DNA from: a virus
Direction: 5' to 3' (one strand)
DNA length: 64,000 nt
Virus record (IMG/VR): IMGVR_UViG_3300044946_000428
Location: 4,777-68,776 of that record
The translations under genes were made by a program, and so were the position numbers. Positions within the stretch are counted from its first letter, which is position 1. Every line of letters starts with the position of its first letter. Shown here in pieces: positions 33,746 to 43,635 of the stretch. Below the pieces are notes generated by a model, which had not been told where the DNA came from, ran no database searches, and saw only the letters and a program-made list of their open reading frames with translations.

Positions 33746-36700
33746 GTGGCCGTGCGCGACGAAGTACGAGACCAGCCCGGCGCCATGGGTCCGAGCCGTG
33801 CGCTTCAGGCCCGCGCCCGCGCCGACCTCGTGCGCAAGGTCGGCGGCAGCACGCAGGCGTCGGCGCTCAAGCCGGTTGAGAGCCCGGCCGTGACACGCCA
33901 GCGCAGCCGTGCCCAGCGCGCCCAGGGTGCGGAACTCGCGCCGGTGTCGAAGGTATTCGGTACCGCGGTGCCCGCGGACATCGCCGCAGCCGAGGTCGCC
34001 TCCGGCATGGACTCGACGACGCCGTTCTCCCCGGGCGCCCCCCTCAGTCCTTACGACGGGTTCTCGCGCACCCCGCGGTCACGCAACTTCGTCCCGCAAT
34101 ACAACGCCTCCGCCCGGCCCAGGTCGAATGAGCGCGTCTCGTTCGACACGCTCCGCGGCCTGATCGAGTCCTACGACTTCGCACAGATCTGCATCTGGCA
34201 CCGCATCGACTCGCTGCGCGCCCTCGAATGGTCGCTCGTCGCAGCAGACGGTCACGAGGGAGACGTGTCGGACGCGGTCGCGGCCGGCATGGCGGTGCTG
34301 AAGAAGCCGGACCGCAAGACGCCGTTCGACGCGTGGCTCGCGAAGTTCGCCTACGACATCCTCGCGTTCGACGCGGGCGCCCTGTGGCGCATGCGAAACC
34401 GGGCCGGACAAGTCGTCGGGATCAAGACGGTCGACGGGACCACCCTGGCTCCGCTGCTCGACGACTGGGGCGACACGCCCGAGGACGGCGCGCCCGCATT
34501 CGTCCAGTACGTCAACGGCTTGCCCTGGAACTGGCTGACGACCGACGACCTGATCTACCAGCCGTTCCGGCAGCGCACGAACACGATCTACGGCACGGCG
34601 CCGCTCGAGTCCATCCTGCTCAACGCGAACACCGACCTGCGGTTTCAGGCCTACTTCCTGCAGCGCTTCACCGAGGGCAACCTGCCGGCCGCGTTCGCCA
34701 GCGCCCCGAGCGAGTGGACCCCGCAGCAGATCGAGCAGTTCCAGGAGTACTGGGACGGATTCATCCTCGGCGACCAGTCCTTCAAGAGCCAGGTCCGGTG
34801 GATCCCGCCAGGCAGCAAGATCGAGTGGAGTAACGAGAAGGACTTCACCGACGCGTTCTCGCTGTTCATGATGCGCAAGACGGCGAGCGCCTACCACGTC
34901 GTGCCCGCCGACCTCGGGTTCACCGAGAACGTCAACAAGTCCAGCGGCGAGACCCAGTCGGACGTACAGCATCGTGTCGGGGACGTCCCGCTCGCCAAGC
35001 ACATCGCCTCGATCCTCACCGCGTTCCTCCAAGACGACCTGCACCTGCCGGTCAAGTTCCTCTACGACTTCGGTGAGGAACAGGACGACCGGTACCAGAC
35101 GGCGCAGGCCGACGACCTGTACATCAAGAACGGCACCGTCTCCAACTCCGACATCAGGGAGTTGCGCTTCGGCCTGTCGGAGCCCGACGGCAAGCGCACC
35201 CCGCGGTTCATCTACTCCAACCGCAGCGGGCCCGTCCCGCTGTCCGCGCTCGAAGCGGTCGCCGGGCCGATCGACCCCGAGTCCGGCGCCCCCGAGCCGG
35301 GCGCGCCGCTGCCCCACACCGTGTTCCAGCCCGTCGAAGGCGTCGAAGGCAACCCGCCGACGCCCCGGCCGCCGCTCGCCGTCGAGCAGTACGGTCCGGG
35401 CGCGCTACCGGTTGCGGCACCCCAGTCGGTGCCCGCGCTGCCGCCCGCGCCAGTCCAGGCCGCGCTGACCCCCGCCCTGGTGGCGAAGGACGGCGACGGC
35501 GGTGGCGCACCCACCGCCGGAATCACCTCGGCAACCGGGATCACTTCCTACGACCTCGTCGGCCACCACCAGGGCAACGAGGACGACGACGAGACCCCGG
35601 CGCCGAGGATGACCGTCACCAAGGGTGCCGAAGCCCGCGCAGCCGAACTTGCCGCATTCCGCACCTTCCTCAAGGGGCGTAGGCGCGACGGCCGCTGGCG
35701 CGACTTCACCTTCACCGCCATCGACCCCGTCAAGGCGCACCGGCTCAACGACACTGGGCGCCTCGCCGTACGCAAGGCCGTGGGCCAGGTCGCGGTCGCA
35801 GGGCTCGCGGTTCTCGCCGCGGACACCGGGCGCGTCCTCATGCTCCAGCGGGCGCTGGACGAAGACGACCCGGCATCCGGCACCTGGGAGATGCCCGGCG
35901 GCCACATCGAAGGCGACGAAACACCGCTCGAAGGCGCAGCCCGCGAGTGGGCCGAGGAAACCGGCTGCACACCGCCCGCCGGAATCCAAGTCGCCACGTG
36001 GACCAGCCCCGACGGCATCTACCAGGGCATCGTGTGGCTCATCGGCCGCGAAGCCGACGTGCCCGTCTTCGACGGGCGCGACCAGGTCACCAACCCGGAC
36101 GACCCCGACGGGGACAAGATCGAAGCGATCGCCTGGTGGAACCCGAGCCAGCTGCCGGACAACCCGGCCGTGCGCCCGGAACTACTGGACTCGATCGACG
36201 CGGTCATGGACGCACTCGGGCGCGTCACGGTAGTCAAGGCGACCGGCGGTGACCCCAGCGGCCCAAAAGCTGACGCCTCCGCCAAGGAGGCGTCCAGCCG
36301 CTGGCCCGGATGGGACCACGACGAAGCCACCGCCGAGCACTGGGCGCGCAAACTCACCGACGGCTACACCGCCGCGCTAAGCCGGGCCCACGCCGAACGG
36401 ATCGCATCCTCGTTCCTCGCCGCGCACCCGGCCGACGGCGCCAAGCGCACCAAGGCCGAGACCGCCGCCCTCGCAGCCGCGCTCACCGCTGCGGCCCTCG
36501 CGCACCTCGAGGACCAAGGCCTCGACCTCACGGGCCCCGCCGCCGCCACGCTGCAAGGCCTCTACGCCGACGCGTACCTCATCGGCGCAGCCAGCGGCAA
36601 CGCAGTCATCGACGGCGGCAAGCCCACACTCACCGGATGGAAGCCCGGCGACACCGACCAGGCACACCACCTGATCGAGGCGCTCGCGCTCGGCACCGGC

Positions 36701-37096
36701 CTCGCCGCGCTCCTCATGCGGGCGCCCGAAACCGCAGCAGCCATGTCGAACACGCGCATGGCCGCGCTCGCCGCGGCCCTCGCTACCGGCGCGGCCAGCG
36801 GCCAGTCCGCCGCCATCATCGCCGGGTCGCTCATCGCAGTCCTCGGCGCGGCGTGGCGGTCGCTGACCGCCGCGGTCAGCGAAGTCACCAGCGGATCCAG
36901 CGCCGGAGCATCCGACACCTACCAGAGGCGCGACGTGACGCTCGTGCGCTGGGCGCTCGACCCCTCAAGCAAAAGCTGCCCCGTCTGCATCGGCAACGCC
37001 AACGCGCAGCCCAGAGCCCTCGGGCGGACATGGCCCAGCGGCGACGCGAACCCGCCCATCCACGGCCGGTGCCGCTGCTCGCTCATCCCGGCCTAG
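33746..37096 (+). CDS. Portal protein fused to a Nudix hydrolase and a MuF (gpF-like) minor head domain
   Basis: Portal motifs (YG.APLE...FTEGNLP...AYHV.P..LG); Nudix box GGHIEGDETPLEGAAREWAEETG (~35897-35965); C-terminal CPVC...PPIHGRCRC. Confidence 0.9.
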   Translation: MAVRDEVRDQPGAMGPSRALQARARADLVRKVGGSTQASALKPVESPAVTRQRSRAQRAQGAELAPVSKVFGTAVPADIAAAEVASGMDSTTPFSPGAPLSPYDGFSRTPRSRNFVPQYNASARPRSNERVSFDTLRGLIESYDFAQICIWHRIDSLRALEWSLVAADGHEGDVSDAVAAGMAVLKKPDRKTPFDAWLAKFAYDILAFDAGALWRMRNRAGQVVGIKTVDGTTLAPLLDDWGDTPEDGAPAFVQYVNGLPWNWLTTDDLIYQPFRQRTNTIYGTAPLESILLNANTDLRFQAYFLQRFTEGNLPAAFASAPSEWTPQQIEQFQEYWDGFILGDQSFKSQVRWIPPGSKIEWSNEKDFTDAFSLFMMRKTASAYHVVPADLGFTENVNKSSGETQSDVQHRVGDVPLAKHIASILTAFLQDDLHLPVKFLYDFGEEQDDRYQTAQADDLYIKNGTVSNSDIRELRFGLSEPDGKRTPRFIYSNRSGPVPLSALEAVAGPIDPESGAPEPGAPLPHTVFQPVEGVEGNPPTPRPPLAVEQYGPGALPVAAPQSVPALPPAPVQAALTPALVAKDGDGGGAPTAGITSATGITSYDLVGHHQGNEDDDETPAPRMTVTKGAEARAAELAAFRTFLKGRRRDGRWRDFTFTAIDPVKAHRLNDTGRLAVRKAVGQVAVAGLAVLAADTGRVLMLQRALDEDDPASGTWEMPGGHIEGDETPLEGAAREWAEETGCTPPAGIQVATWTSPDGIYQGIVWLIGREADVPVFDGRDQVTNPDDPDGDKIEAIAWWNPSQLPDNPAVRPELLDSIDAVMDALGRVTVVKATGGDPSGPKADASAKEASSRWPGWDHDEATAEHWARKLTDGYTAALSRAHAERIASSFLAAHPADGAKRTKAETAALAAALTAAALAHLEDQGLDLTGPAAATLQGLYADAYLIGAASGNAVIDGGKPTLTGWKPGDTDQAHHLIEALALGTGLAALLMRAPETAAAMSNTRMAALAAALATGAASGQSAAIIAGSLIAVLGAAWRSLTAAVSEVTSGSSAGASDTYQRRDVTLVRWALDPSSKSCPVCIGNANAQPRALGRTWPSGDANPPIHGRCRCSLIPA

Positions 37097-38400
37097 TCCC
37101 AGAGGGCCATCTGTCCTTTGACTGGGCGGATCGCGCCGCGAGCTCCGCGATTGAACTTCAATCGAACTCGCCTGCTGCGGGCAATGGACGCCCCGGCGAC
37201 ATCAGCCAACTCAAGCCCCGTGGCTGCACGCAAACGGGCAAGGATGAACTGGCCGAGATCGGCAGCGCCGTTCACGTCAGACTCGGCGAGCCGGACGACC
37301 GTCCATCCGGCAGCATTCATCGCCGCGTCGCGCCTGGCGTCCCGGTCCGCAAGGATCGCGTGCCAGTAGTCCCCGTCGGCTTCGATAGCTATCTTGCGCT
37401 CCGGGATGGCGAAGTCGATCGACCAGCGGCGGAATGGGTACTCCTGAGTGAATCCGACGCCCAGGGCTTCGAGCGCCACCCGGACCCGAGCCTCCAGTTG
37501 CGTCTCGCCCACGTGCTGGCGGACGCACGGTATCGAACAGAACCGCGTGCTATCGCAGGCTGACTTGCGGAACTCCTTGCCGCAGTTCTGGCAGGCGACC
37601 ATCAGTGGCGGCCGACGGCATGCCTCGGAGCAGTAGTGCCGGTTCCAGCGCTGACGGACATCGTCGGTGAACCGCTTACCGCACCGCTTGCAGTTGATGT
37701 ACACCGTGTCCACGTTCTTGCAGGCCATTGAGCACGTCTGGTAGCGGCCGTCGTTGGAGCGCGCGATGGTGAAGTCCTTGCCGCATACGGGGCACGTCTT
37801 GGTAATCATGCGCGCGCCGCTGATGCACTTCATGGAGCAGAAGGCTCGACCGTTTGCGGCCGGGCGCGTCCTGATGACCGGAGCGCCGCACCTCGCACAG
37901 TCGTAGGCGTAGCGCTGCGGGGCGTCGCAAATGGCGACGTGCCGGGGGTTCACGCAACTGCGATGCGGATCGCCGTCGCCAGGCGTCGAGCAGTCATCGG
38001 TGCAGCAGGCGTGACCAACCTCGCGCCCATCGGGTATGGGGCCCACGAAGTGCTCATATGCGAAGCGGTGGGCCGTCCGGAGCTTCGGGTGTTCAAAGAT
38101 GTAGCCGAAGCCGGTTTTCGGGTGAACGGTGCTGAGCCACGGCCAGCATGCGTCTGGGCCGCCAGACCTGTCGCTGTAGGCGAGAAATCGGATGATGGGC
38201 TCAACGTGGGCCTTCGGCTTGAACGCCGCAACGCGAGGCAGTAGGGATTCGATGTAGTGCTCAAGGCACAGGCCGTCCATCGTCGGCCCGTCGACACAAC
38301 CGGGCCCTGAGCATGTAGATTCGGACACGTCGGCTCCTATCCAGTCGGCCACGCCCCCGGACGGTGACAGCCGTTGCGGGGGTCTCGCGCACTCATTCAA
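37093..38400 (-). CDS. Homing-endonuclease-like protein: HNH, Zn-ribbon repeats and a Vsr/DUF559-like nuclease
   Basis: CWPW...AHRFAY...H.C...CVNPRH; several CxxC..FCS..C repeats; QEYP...IDFA....AIEADGDYWH...D..RD...GW.V.R. Confidence 0.85.
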   Translation of the reverse strand: MNECARPPQRLSPSGGVADWIGADVSESTCSGPGCVDGPTMDGLCLEHYIESLLPRVAAFKPKAHVEPIIRFLAYSDRSGGPDACWPWLSTVHPKTGFGYIFEHPKLRTAHRFAYEHFVGPIPDGREVGHACCTDDCSTPGDGDPHRSCVNPRHVAICDAPQRYAYDCARCGAPVIRTRPAANGRAFCSMKCISGARMITKTCPVCGKDFTIARSNDGRYQTCSMACKNVDTVYINCKRCGKRFTDDVRQRWNRHYCSEACRRPPLMVACQNCGKEFRKSACDSTRFCSIPCVRQHVGETQLEARVRVALEALGVGFTQEYPFRRWSIDFAIPERKIAIEADGDYWHAILADRDARRDAAMNAAGWTVVRLAESDVNGAADLGQFILARLRAATGLELADVAGASIARSRRVRLKFNRGARGAIRPVKGQMALWD

Positions 38401-38438
38401 TTCTACCGGAATGAATTGACCGAAGGGCGTGATCTACG

Positions 38439-40844
38439 GTGCCCGAAGAGCAAAGATTCGTTTTGGGAATCGCTTATCAGGCTGGCCCCGACCCTCGCAT
38501 TAAAAGAGGGATGGATGGCGGTCGTGACTGGATAAGTAAGGCCGACTTAGAGCGCGCGGCCTGGAGTTACATGCGCTCTGGCTGCCCTCAGATAAACGCC
38601 TTCCACATCGATGGCACGGAGGACTGCGCCGAGCCTGTCGAGTCGTTCATCTGGCGCTGGCCTGACTGGGATGTTGGCGACGGCATCGTCGTGAAGGACG
38701 GCGACTGGTGTTTGGGCGCGATCCTGAGCCCGCACATGTGGGACCTCCACAAGCAGGGCAAGGTCAACGGGCTGTCCCCTCAGGGCACTGCCCGGCGCCT
38801 CCGAGTACAGAAGGAGGGCGCCGTGGCGCTCGCGAAGACCTCGGCCGATGCGCTGGACGATCCGGACGATGACGGCGAGTTCACGCAGATCACGGAAGCA
38901 ACCATCCCCACTGTGGCGCTGGTCGGCAATGGTGCGAACGGAATTCCGAGGTTCCTGATGAGCAAGCAGGAAGGCGCTGTCGGACTGCTCGACGCGGACT
39001 ACGTGCGCGACCTGATCGCGAAGTCGGAACCCGAGACCACGGAGAGGGTGACCATGACTGGCAGCCCGGCCGCGATCGCGGCACTCATCCACGGCGCACC
39101 GATCCGCAAGGCGGACCCGGCGAAGGCGCGGGAGCCGGGCGAGGTCGAGAAGGCCGAGGCCTCAGCCCAGTCCATGAACGACAGGCCTGACAGCGACTTC
39201 GCGTATGTCGAGGCCGGCGGCAAGAAGGACGAGTCCGGCAAGACCGTGCCCCGCTCCCTGCGCCACTTCCCGATCTACGACGCCGCGCACGTGCGCAACG
39301 CCCTGTCTCGCGCGCCGCAGTCCCCGTTCGGCGACAAGGCCATGCCGAAGATCCGGTCCGCGGCCAAGAAGTTCAACATCGACGTGTCCAAGGAGACCGC
39401 CGACGCCCCCGAGCAGACCGAGGTGACCAAGGACATGGACGACATGCCGATGGACGACGAGGGCGGCATGGACCCGTGCATCGTCCTGGCCGAACCCGAG
39501 GACGAGGCGCCCGGCGACGCGGGCGACCCCGGCTCCCCGGCGTGGGAAGCCATCGATGCCGCCACCGCCCGAAAGTGGACCGGCATCGCCTCGCGCCTGC
39601 GATCCACCCTCGGCGTGATGTCGGACCGCGAGTCCCTCGAGGCCGCCACCGTCGACCCTGACGACGCCGAAGCCGCGATGGATCTCGCCGATGCCGCATG
39701 TGCCATGGACTACGTCATCTCCGTGCTCGCCTGCTTCGCGGCCGACGAGCAGGCCGAGGTCGACGACGCCGTCATGGCGATGGTCGGCAAGTCCATCGGC
39801 GCCCTCGACCCGGCGCACCTCGACACCGTCGAGTCCCTCGGCGCCGTCCGCAAGGCCGGCCGGACCCTCTCGGCCGCCAACGAATCCGCGCTGCGCGCCG
39901 CGATCCAGGCCCTGCAGCAGATCCTCGCGAGCCTCCCGCCCGCACCCGTCACGAAGGAGGCCGGGGAGCCGGTCGCCAAGACCGCCAACGAGGAGAGCGA
40001 CATGCCGACCCCCACCCCGTCCGAGGACGTTACCGCCGCGTCCGGCCAGGAGCCCGCCATGGGCGCCGCCGACGCCGCGCCGAAGCCCATCGCGGGCGTC
40101 GCCGTCACCGACGTGACCAAGGCCGCCGACGAGGCCACGCCGGTCGCGAAGGCCGAGAAGACCCCGCAGGTCGCGATCTACGACGCGAACGGCAACCTGG
40201 TCGGCACCGTCGACCCCGCCGAGATCACGATGCTCGCCCCCGCGAAGGCCCCCGAAGCCGCCGCTAAGGCCGACGACATGCTGGACGAGCCCGCGGCCCC
40301 CGCCGCCGAGGCCCCGGCCGCCCCCACAGACCTGACGCCGGCACCCCCGGCGTCCGTCGGCACCCCCGCCGACGCCGTACCGGCCGACGACGATTCTGTC
40401 GCCAAGGCCGCCGAGACGACCGGAAACAACGAGGCACCACAGGACGTGCTCAAGGGCAGCATCCAGGAACTGGTCAAGGCAGCGATCGCCGAGCACAGCG
40501 CCCCCCAGGGCGAGCTCATCAAGTCGCTGGAGGCCCAGAACCTTGAGCTGAAGGAGCGCAACGAGGCCCTCGCCAAGCAGGCCGCCGAACTCGGCGACCG
40601 CCTGACCAAGGTCGAGAACCAGCCCGCCGTCATGGCCATCGCCTCCAACGGCGCCATCCCGCCCGCGCACCAGATGCGAGGGCAGAACCGCGGCGCCGGC
40701 GTCGACATGACCCAGGGCCAGATCCTCAAGGCTCGCCTTGCCGCCTCCGACGACGCCGTCGAGAAGAAGGACATCGCCAACCAGATGCAGGACCTGGCGT
40801 TCGCCCGCTTCCAGGAGATGCAGCAGGCCGCCCGCGCCCGATAG
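38439..40844 (+). CDS. XkdF-like prohead protease fused to a scaffolding region
   Basis: RFVLGIAY...ESFI...GDW.LG...W...K.GKVNGLSPQG; HFPIYDAAHVRNALSR motif; C-terminal coiled coil. Confidence 0.85.
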   Translation: MPEEQRFVLGIAYQAGPDPRIKRGMDGGRDWISKADLERAAWSYMRSGCPQINAFHIDGTEDCAEPVESFIWRWPDWDVGDGIVVKDGDWCLGAILSPHMWDLHKQGKVNGLSPQGTARRLRVQKEGAVALAKTSADALDDPDDDGEFTQITEATIPTVALVGNGANGIPRFLMSKQEGAVGLLDADYVRDLIAKSEPETTERVTMTGSPAAIAALIHGAPIRKADPAKAREPGEVEKAEASAQSMNDRPDSDFAYVEAGGKKDESGKTVPRSLRHFPIYDAAHVRNALSRAPQSPFGDKAMPKIRSAAKKFNIDVSKETADAPEQTEVTKDMDDMPMDDEGGMDPCIVLAEPEDEAPGDAGDPGSPAWEAIDAATARKWTGIASRLRSTLGVMSDRESLEAATVDPDDAEAAMDLADAACAMDYVISVLACFAADEQAEVDDAVMAMVGKSIGALDPAHLDTVESLGAVRKAGRTLSAANESALRAAIQALQQILASLPPAPVTKEAGEPVAKTANEESDMPTPTPSEDVTAASGQEPAMGAADAAPKPIAGVAVTDVTKAADEATPVAKAEKTPQVAIYDANGNLVGTVDPAEITMLAPAKAPEAAAKADDMLDEPAAPAAEAPAAPTDLTPAPPASVGTPADAVPADDDSVAKAAETTGNNEAPQDVLKGSIQELVKAAIAEHSAPQGELIKSLEAQNLELKERNEALAKQAAELGDRLTKVENQPAVMAIASNGAIPPAHQMRGQNRGAGVDMTQGQILKARLAASDDAVEKKDIANQMQDLAFARFQEMQQAARAR

Positions 40845-40867
40845 GCGCACCCCTTCAGCCCACCACC

Positions 40868-40904
40868 GAAGCCCCCGTAGACCCCACGCGGTCCGGGGGC
40901 TTTC
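40868..40904 (+). terminator. GC hairpin between the scaffold and capsid genes
   Basis: GAAGCCCCC...GGGGGCTTTC. Confidence 0.5.
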
Positions 40905-40928
40905 GCATGCCCGAAAGCAGGTACGCAC

Positions 40929-42419
40929 GTGAGCGCAATGCTCGAAGACACCACCGAGGAGACCCTCGCCGCCATCACCAAGGCGCAGACCACGGGCATC
41001 CTCGAGTCCACCGGCATCTACAGCTACGACCTGTCCGAGCTCGTCAGCCTGATTCCGGTCGTCACCCCGTTCCGCGACAAGGTGACCCGCAAGACCAGCC
41101 CTGACGGGAATCCGTTCGCGGTCTGGCGGGCGATTATGAACCTGACTGACTCGCAGCCGGACCCGTCCATGGGCTTCGACTACGCGGCCAACGAGGTCCT
41201 CTTCTCCGAGCAGGACTTCCAGTCCAAGTACAAGCCGACCGGCCTCGCGTACAGCGTCACCCAGGACGCCTTCGACCTCGCCAAGGGCTATGCCGACCCC
41301 TACGCCGTCGCCACGTTCCAGACCCTCAACCAGGTCCTGATCGCGGACGACCGCAAGCTCCTCGGCGCTCAGTCCTTCGCCCTCGCCGCCGCCACTGCGC
41401 CCACCCTGACGCAGCACACCACCGGCGGCACCATCGGCGCCGTCACTGCCTACATCGGCGTCGCCGGCCGCACCGGCAGCGGCTACTACTACGGCTCCGG
41501 CAACAGCCAGGGCGCGAACGCGAGCACCGTATTCGGCTCCGGCACCACGAACTCGATCACTGCGACCACCGCGGCGATCCGCGGCGCCGTCGCCTACGAC
41601 TGGTTCTACAGCGCCAACGGCACCACCTGGTACTACTACACCACCACGACCACGAACACGGTCACCGTCACCTCGACGATCTCGTCCAACAACTCGCTGC
41701 CCACCACACTTCCGGACCTCACCAGCAACTGGAAGGGCTCCGCCAACACGGTCCCGACCTACAACGGCAGCGCGGACAACGGCAGCGCGAACGCAAACGA
41801 CTACGACGGCTTCCTCGCCTCGCTCACCGGCGACTACAGCAGCACCGGCCAGTGGGTGCAGCCCGGCACCGCCACCGCGAACCCGTCCGTGTTCAACTCC
41901 CTCAACGGCGCGGCCCTGACCCTGTCCGGCGGCTCCATCGCCGAGATCGAGAACCTGCTGTTCCTGCCGCTGTGGAACCAGGTCAAGTGCTCCCCGACCG
42001 CGATCATGTGCAATGCGGCGCAGGCTCAGGAGATCGCGAACCTCGTCCTCGGCAGCAACTCCGCGACCACGTTCCTGAACACCGACGCGTCCGGCCGTAT
42101 CTCCGTGACCGCCGGTGGCCGGGTCGGCGAGATCGTGAACGCGCCCGCTGGCGGAGTTACGGTTCCGATCGAGGTCCACGTCTCCCTCCCGCCGGGCACC
42201 ATCATCGCCCGGTCCGACCGGGTCCCGTTCCCGCAGGCCAACATCAGCTCCGTGCTCGAGTACCGCAACCTGCGCGACATGGCCCAGTTCGACTACGGCA
42301 TCTCCCGGATCGCGAACACCGCTGGTGGAGGCCCGAGGCGCGAGGCGGAAATCCGATCTGTGGGAGCTCTGGTGAATAGGGCACCCGTCGCGGCCGGGGT
42401 GCTTAGCTGCGTCGCGTAG
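40929..42419 (+). CDS. Major capsid protein with an Ig/FN3-like insertion
   Basis: Position after protease/scaffold; YDL...LIPVVTPFR N-terminus; Thr-rich beta insertion. Confidence 0.8.
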   Translation: MSAMLEDTTEETLAAITKAQTTGILESTGIYSYDLSELVSLIPVVTPFRDKVTRKTSPDGNPFAVWRAIMNLTDSQPDPSMGFDYAANEVLFSEQDFQSKYKPTGLAYSVTQDAFDLAKGYADPYAVATFQTLNQVLIADDRKLLGAQSFALAAATAPTLTQHTTGGTIGAVTAYIGVAGRTGSGYYYGSGNSQGANASTVFGSGTTNSITATTAAIRGAVAYDWFYSANGTTWYYYTTTTTNTVTVTSTISSNNSLPTTLPDLTSNWKGSANTVPTYNGSADNGSANANDYDGFLASLTGDYSSTGQWVQPGTATANPSVFNSLNGAALTLSGGSIAEIENLLFLPLWNQVKCSPTAIMCNAAQAQEIANLVLGSNSATTFLNTDASGRISVTAGGRVGEIVNAPAGGVTVPIEVHVSLPPGTIIARSDRVPFPQANISSVLEYRNLRDMAQFDYGISRIANTAGGGPRREAEIRSVGALVNRAPVAAGVLSCVA

Positions 42420-42477
42420 GCTTCGGCCTGTGGCTTTCTCTGCGTCGCCCCGACGGGATGGCAGAAGCCTGTGGTAC

Positions 42478-42518
42478 GATGTAGAGAACGAAATCGACTT
42501 GATTTCGTTCTCTACATC
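42478..42518. repeat. Perfect 18-bp inverted repeat ahead of the HNH gene RBS
   Basis: GATGTAGAGAACGAAATC-GACTT-GATTTCGTTCTCTACATC. Confidence 0.9.
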
Positions 42519-42527
42519 GGAGGGAAG

Positions 42528-43553
42528 ATGACGGTCCACACCGGCGGAATCTGCTCGATCGAAGAGTGCCCAAAGCCCATGTTCGGCCGCACGTGGTGTT
42601 CCGCCCACTATGCGCTCTGGCGAAAGTACGGCGACCCACGGTCCCCCGTGCGCGCCTACGCGAAGCAAGGGCCCACGTGTACCGAAGACGGCTGCGACAG
42701 CCCACCCAAGTCCGGCGGCCTGTGCGTAAAGCACCGCCACCTAATGGACCGTCACGGAACGACCGAGGATTCTCGGTCGCGCCGCTTCTGGCAGAAGGTC
42801 AACAAGGACGGGCCCATTCCCGCCAGCCGACCCGAGCTGGGGCCGTGCTGGATATGGACGGGCTATGTAGCCCCAAAGACGGGATACGGCCAGTACGGCG
42901 GCCATGGGTCGGGCAGGTCGCGGCTGGTACATCGGGTCGCCTACGAGTACCTCGTTGGGCCGATACCTGAGGGCATGCACCTGGACCACCTGTGCAGGAA
43001 TCGGCAATGCGTCAACGCGCTCCAGCACTTGGAGCCCGTGCCCCCGCGCGAGAACATCCTTCGCGGGGATCAGGGCGCCTTCTGGGGCTACGTTCCCGAG
43101 GTAGTGCCCCCGGCGCCCAGGAGCGAGAAGCCCGAGATCTGCTCCGAACCGGGCTGCTCGCGCCGCGCAGCCAATCCGTCCAAGCGCGGCATGTGCCGTC
43201 CCTGCTACCGGGTGTGGCTCAAGCGCGAGGACCGCCCTGTGCCCCTTACGGTCGAAGAACGGTTCTGGGCGAAGGTCGACAAGGACGGGCCCATCCCGGA
43301 GCATAAGCCCGAGTTGGGGCCCTGCTGGGTATGGACCGCAGGCATCAACTCGAAGACGGGATACGGGCGCTTCGGCGTGAAGCACGGGCACATGATGGAC
43401 GCCCACCGCTATGCCTACCTCCTGGAGCACGGCTCGATTCCCGAGGGCTTCGAAGTGCACCACGAATGCCACCGTCGCCGTTGCCTCCGCATAGATCACC
43501 TACGAGCCGTGTCTCGCGCGGAGAACGTGGCCGAGCGCAAAGTGCGCCGTTAG
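42528..43553 (+). CDS. Tandem double-HNH homing endonuclease
   Basis: Two repeats of RFW.KV.K.GP...LGPCW.WT...GYG...HR.AY...H.C....C....HL...EN; C..C zinc fingers; GGAGGG SD. Confidence 0.9.
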   Translation: MTVHTGGICSIEECPKPMFGRTWCSAHYALWRKYGDPRSPVRAYAKQGPTCTEDGCDSPPKSGGLCVKHRHLMDRHGTTEDSRSRRFWQKVNKDGPIPASRPELGPCWIWTGYVAPKTGYGQYGGHGSGRSRLVHRVAYEYLVGPIPEGMHLDHLCRNRQCVNALQHLEPVPPRENILRGDQGAFWGYVPEVVPPAPRSEKPEICSEPGCSRRAANPSKRGMCRPCYRVWLKREDRPVPLTVEERFWAKVDKDGPIPEHKPELGPCWVWTAGINSKTGYGRFGVKHGHMMDAHRYAYLLEHGSIPEGFEVHHECHRRRCLRIDHLRAVSRAENVAERKVRR

Positions 43554-43563
43554 TGGGACTCAA

Positions 43564-43608
43564 GAACATCCGAGGCCCGGACCACTGCGGTCCGGGCCTT
43601 CGCCTTTC
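43564..43608 (+). terminator. Hairpin after the HNH gene
   Basis: GAGGCCCGGACC-ACTGC-GGTCCGGGCCTTC followed by TTTT. Confidence 0.5.
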
Positions 43609-43635
43609 CCAAACTACTGACCGAGGAGCGCGCTG

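Noticed and set aside
39162-42740. 1192-aa minus-strand ORF, and similar long antisense ORFs (19717-22482, 49245-51854, 53357-55255, 61383-63359)
   Set aside because: Shadow frames of high-GC3 genes on the opposite strand; low-complexity R/G/A/V composition and no motifs
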